This document shows, piece after piece, positions 60,602 to 64,000 of a stretch of DNA of 64,000 nt. The DNA is from Schmidtea nova (Eukaryota): positions 125,736,001 through 125,800,000 of the forward strand of contig CM097884.1 of the NCBI GenBank assembly GCA_044892505.1, in the 5' to 3' direction. The position numbers and the translations under genes were made by a program. Each line of letters opens with the position of its first letter. Within the stretch, counting starts at the first letter, position 1. The notes beneath the pieces were generated by a model, which was not told where the DNA came from, did no database searches, and saw only the letters and a list, made by a program, of their open reading frames with translations.

Positions 60602-63600
60602 ATGGAAAAATATTATGCATACCCTCATAACTGTAAAACCTACTACATTTGTCCTTTTTGCAAATCTACTTCGTCCTCTTCGTATATTGACTTTTACAAT
60701 ACTCATTGCGATCATTTAGATCAATTTAAAACATCTAAAAAATCAATTTTTAAATTACCGATTAAAAGAAAATGTAATGTAAATAGTCCAATCCCAATCA
60801 AAATTAACAAGTCAGTTCTTTCTGATGATATTTCTTCAGTTGTTCCTCCAATTGTTCTTTCTGATGATATTTCTTCGATTGTTCCTTCAGATATAGTTGT
60901 AATTTCTGATGATGATGATGATAATGATACCATTCCTGTTGATAACATTCTTGATAATGATACCATTCCTGTTGATAACATTCTTGATACCATTCTTGAT
61001 AATGATATCATTCCTGATAACATTCTTGATTTAAATAATCTTTCTGATTTTGTGGTTGTAGACTCTTTTGATCCTATCGATAATATTCAAATTGGTGGTT
61101 CTTTTGATAAAATTTCTGACGAAAAATACTCTTTAGTTCCTGAAGTACAGGTTGGTGGCTCCATTTTACCTGTTGTTAAATTTGATTTAAATAAATCACA
61201 TGCTATAGTGAAAATGATTGTAACTAACTTTAATTTAAAAAGCATGTTTGTACCTGATAATTTAATTAATAAATTAAATAATGTAATTGAAACCATGGGA
61301 ACGGTTAAAATTCAATTTTGCATCGAAGTTGAGTTTGAAAAAGATGGTGCTTTTCAAACTATAGTTATTTCTAACTCTGCAAAACCTGTCACAGATACCT
61401 TTATAGACGATGGCATTAATATTCTTAATGAAAAAATTACATTAATTAATAATAGAGGCAGTAACTGGATAATTAATAAAATTAATGAAATTCATTTCAT
61501 CTTAACCAAATTTTCTGAGATAAGTAGGTTGATAGGTTACGGTGGTATTGACACTCCTGAATCTTTAAAGTCAAAACATTGTGTTGTAAATGTTCAGAAT
61601 TCTGATGACTTGTGCTTTATCTATTCTGTTTTAGTAATTATTAAATATGATGAGATATCTGGCCGTAAAAATAAACATAGGATCAGTAATTACAATCTTT
61701 CTGATGTTAACTTTAGTCCTTCTGATTTGCCTATGCGTCTTTGCAATATCCCAAAGTTTGAAGCTAAAAACCCGGGATATGCGATTAATGTACTTTCATA
61801 TGATGAATCTGGAATTCTAGACACTAAGCCTGAAGTTTTCAAACATCCGTGTATTGACATAATTCATAGATCGAAAGTAGTAGACGGAATTCCTATTAAC
61901 TTGATTCTTTTACAAAATGGTGACTCTTTTCATTATATAGCAGTAACCAATCTTGATAGGCTTTTAAATCTTGACAATAAATCGATATCTGGTACTCGTA
62001 TTCAAAGTATATGGTGCCATCGATGCTTAAATGGGTTTAGATATCAAGATTCATTTGAACGTCATCAAGAGTTGTGTTCTAAAAATCAATTAGGCACAAC
62101 TCTATATACTTTGCCTAAAAATCCTTATTTGACATTTAGTAATTGGGGCAAAACAATTACTCCACCTTTTGTTGTTTACGCCGATTTTGAGGCAATCTTA
62201 CCTACTGATGATAAGTACTTTCAAAGACATGTCCCAATATCTGCCGGTCTTTTACTTGTAAATAATTTCACTGGAGAAAAGATTTACAGGAGTTTCTTGG
62301 GTCTTGATTGCGTTACTAATTTTCTTGCTGAAATTAATAATATAGGTGAAGAAATTGTTTTTCCTTTTTATAAAAACAATTACAAAAAACCACTTATTAT
62401 GACATTTGAAAATAAAATATTTTTTGCCTCATCTACAAATTGTTATCTTTGTAAAAATCGTTTAGTTAATCCGGTTAGAGACCATGATCACTACACTGGT
62501 GAATATTTGGGAGCTGCTTGCTTAAAATGTAATCTTACTAGACAGATTCGTAAGGAACTACCGGTTGTGTTTCATAATTTAAAAGGGTATGACATGCACC
62601 ATATTCTTAAATATGGATTGGCAAACTTTTCAAATTGGAAAATCTCATGTATTCCAACTACGAGTGAAAAATTCTTAACTTTATCTGCAAGAGTCGGTGA
62701 TTTAACAATTAAATTCATCGATTCTTGTCAATTTATTAACTCCAGTTTAAATGATGCGGTTAAAACATTGACTTCATTACCTTTGACTAGATCTGAATTC
62801 ACCGGGACTATTGTTGACTGTAAGGGTATTTTTCCTTATGATTTTGCAACATCGTTAGAAGTCTTGAATGAAACATATGAATTACCACCAATCTGGGAGG
62901 GTGTTAAGCAGGCTGAATACGACAAGGCATTAGTTATTTGGAGGGAAACTAATTGTCAAACTCTTTGTGACTATATGATGATATACTTAAAACTTGACGT
63001 CTTTCTTCTTGCTGACTTTTTCCAACAGTTTAGAGCCAAGTCAATTTCTCATAATAGGTTAGAACCGTTGAATTTCTTGGGTATTCCAGGTATGTCGTGG
63101 GCTTCTGCGCTTCTTACCTTGGAAGAACCTATTGAGTTGCTCCAGGATATGGAGATGTATAATTTTTTCGAAGGGGGGGATCCGTGATGGTTTGACATTT
63201 GTCAACAAGCATCACGTAGTATCCTCCGAAACGACTGAACTACTTTACATCGACATTAATAATTTGTACGGTTGGGCCTTAAGCCAAAAATTACCTTGTG
63301 GTAAATTTAAATGGATTAATGATGAGAAAAAATTAAATAAATTAATTAATTTGATGGATGCTGACTTGGAACTTTTAACAATCGGTGTAACATTTGAAGT
63401 TGACTTGGTAATCCCAGTTGAAATTCACGATAAATTAAATGACTTTCCGGTTGCAGCAGAGAAAATGTGTGCTCCCAATTCTAAAGTTGAGAAGTTAATG
63501 TTAACACATTATCCAAAGTTCAACTATGTTGTTCATTGGAGGCTTTTAAAATTATTTGTTTTCTTTGGATGTTAAAATAACACGAGTTCATCGGGCTGTT

Positions 63601-64000
63601 CAGTACAAACAGAAACCCATCTTTAAAAAATATATTGATACGAACACTGAACTTAGGGCAGCTTCATCGTTTGTTTTAGATAAAAACTATTACAAACTTT
63701 TAAATAATAGTCTTTATGGAAAAACTGTCGAAAATCTTAAGAAAAGACTCAATTTACGACTTTGTAATTCAGCATCAAAACTGATTACATATACATCAAA
63801 ACCTACCTTTAGAAAAACTTATAGGATTGATGATGATCTAATTTCTGTCTTGCTTAATAAGGACTCTGTGTGTTTAGATAGACCCAGCTACATTGGCCAA
63901 AGTGTACTGGATTTATCTAAACTTAGAATGTATCAACTCCAGTATGAAGAATTGCAAAAATATCGCAATGAATTCAACTGTGAGATTAATATAGTTGCAG
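60602..64000 (+). CDS. polB: Protein-primed family B DNA polymerase with N-terminal terminal-protein region; two +1 homopolymer frameshifts; runs off the window
   Basis: Exo motifs VYADFE, FHNLKGYD and YLKLDV; endonuclease-VII-like insert CYLC...RDHDHYTG...CLKCN; DINNLYGWA; KLLNNSLYGKT. Frameshifts at G7 near 63173-63179 and the T-run near 63560. Confidence 0.95.

Larger units (their letters stand above)
51444..64000 (+). mobile_element. Polinton/Maverick (type-B adintovirus-like endogenous virus), left part
   Basis: AGTAGAGTAG terminus, AT-rich subterminal repeats 51500-52007, and the core gene set: ATPase, integrase, minor and major capsid, protease, pPolB. Confidence 0.96.

Overview
AT-rich eukaryotic (invertebrate) scaffold with many N gaps and 40-51 bp spliceosomal introns. 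A planarian-like flatworm is my guess from composition and intron size; this is not proven. Left 40 kb: a + strand multi-immunoglobulin-domain gene (at least 9 Ig-like domains, including a tandemly duplicated two-domain module). Its introns hold two decayed Ty3/Gypsy LTR elements, a Penelope-like element with an uninterrupted but 5'-truncated RT/GIY-YIG ORF, many hammerhead-bearing Penelope terminal repeats, DNA transposon remnants and MITEs, a non-autonomous Helitron, a solo LTR and an actin pseudogene fragment. At 40.7-47.6 kb: an unusual inverted LTR composite flanked by one target-site duplication, then a third Gypsy element. From about 51.4 kb to the end: the left part of a Polinton/Maverick (type-B adintovirus-like) element with packaging ATPase, integrase, minor and major capsid, protease and protein-primed PolB. 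It has at least five spliceosomal introns and encodes a minimised TATA-binding-protein-like gene, a Cys-rich ORF and a putative ssDNA-binding protein. All calls come from reading the sequence by eye; no searches were run.
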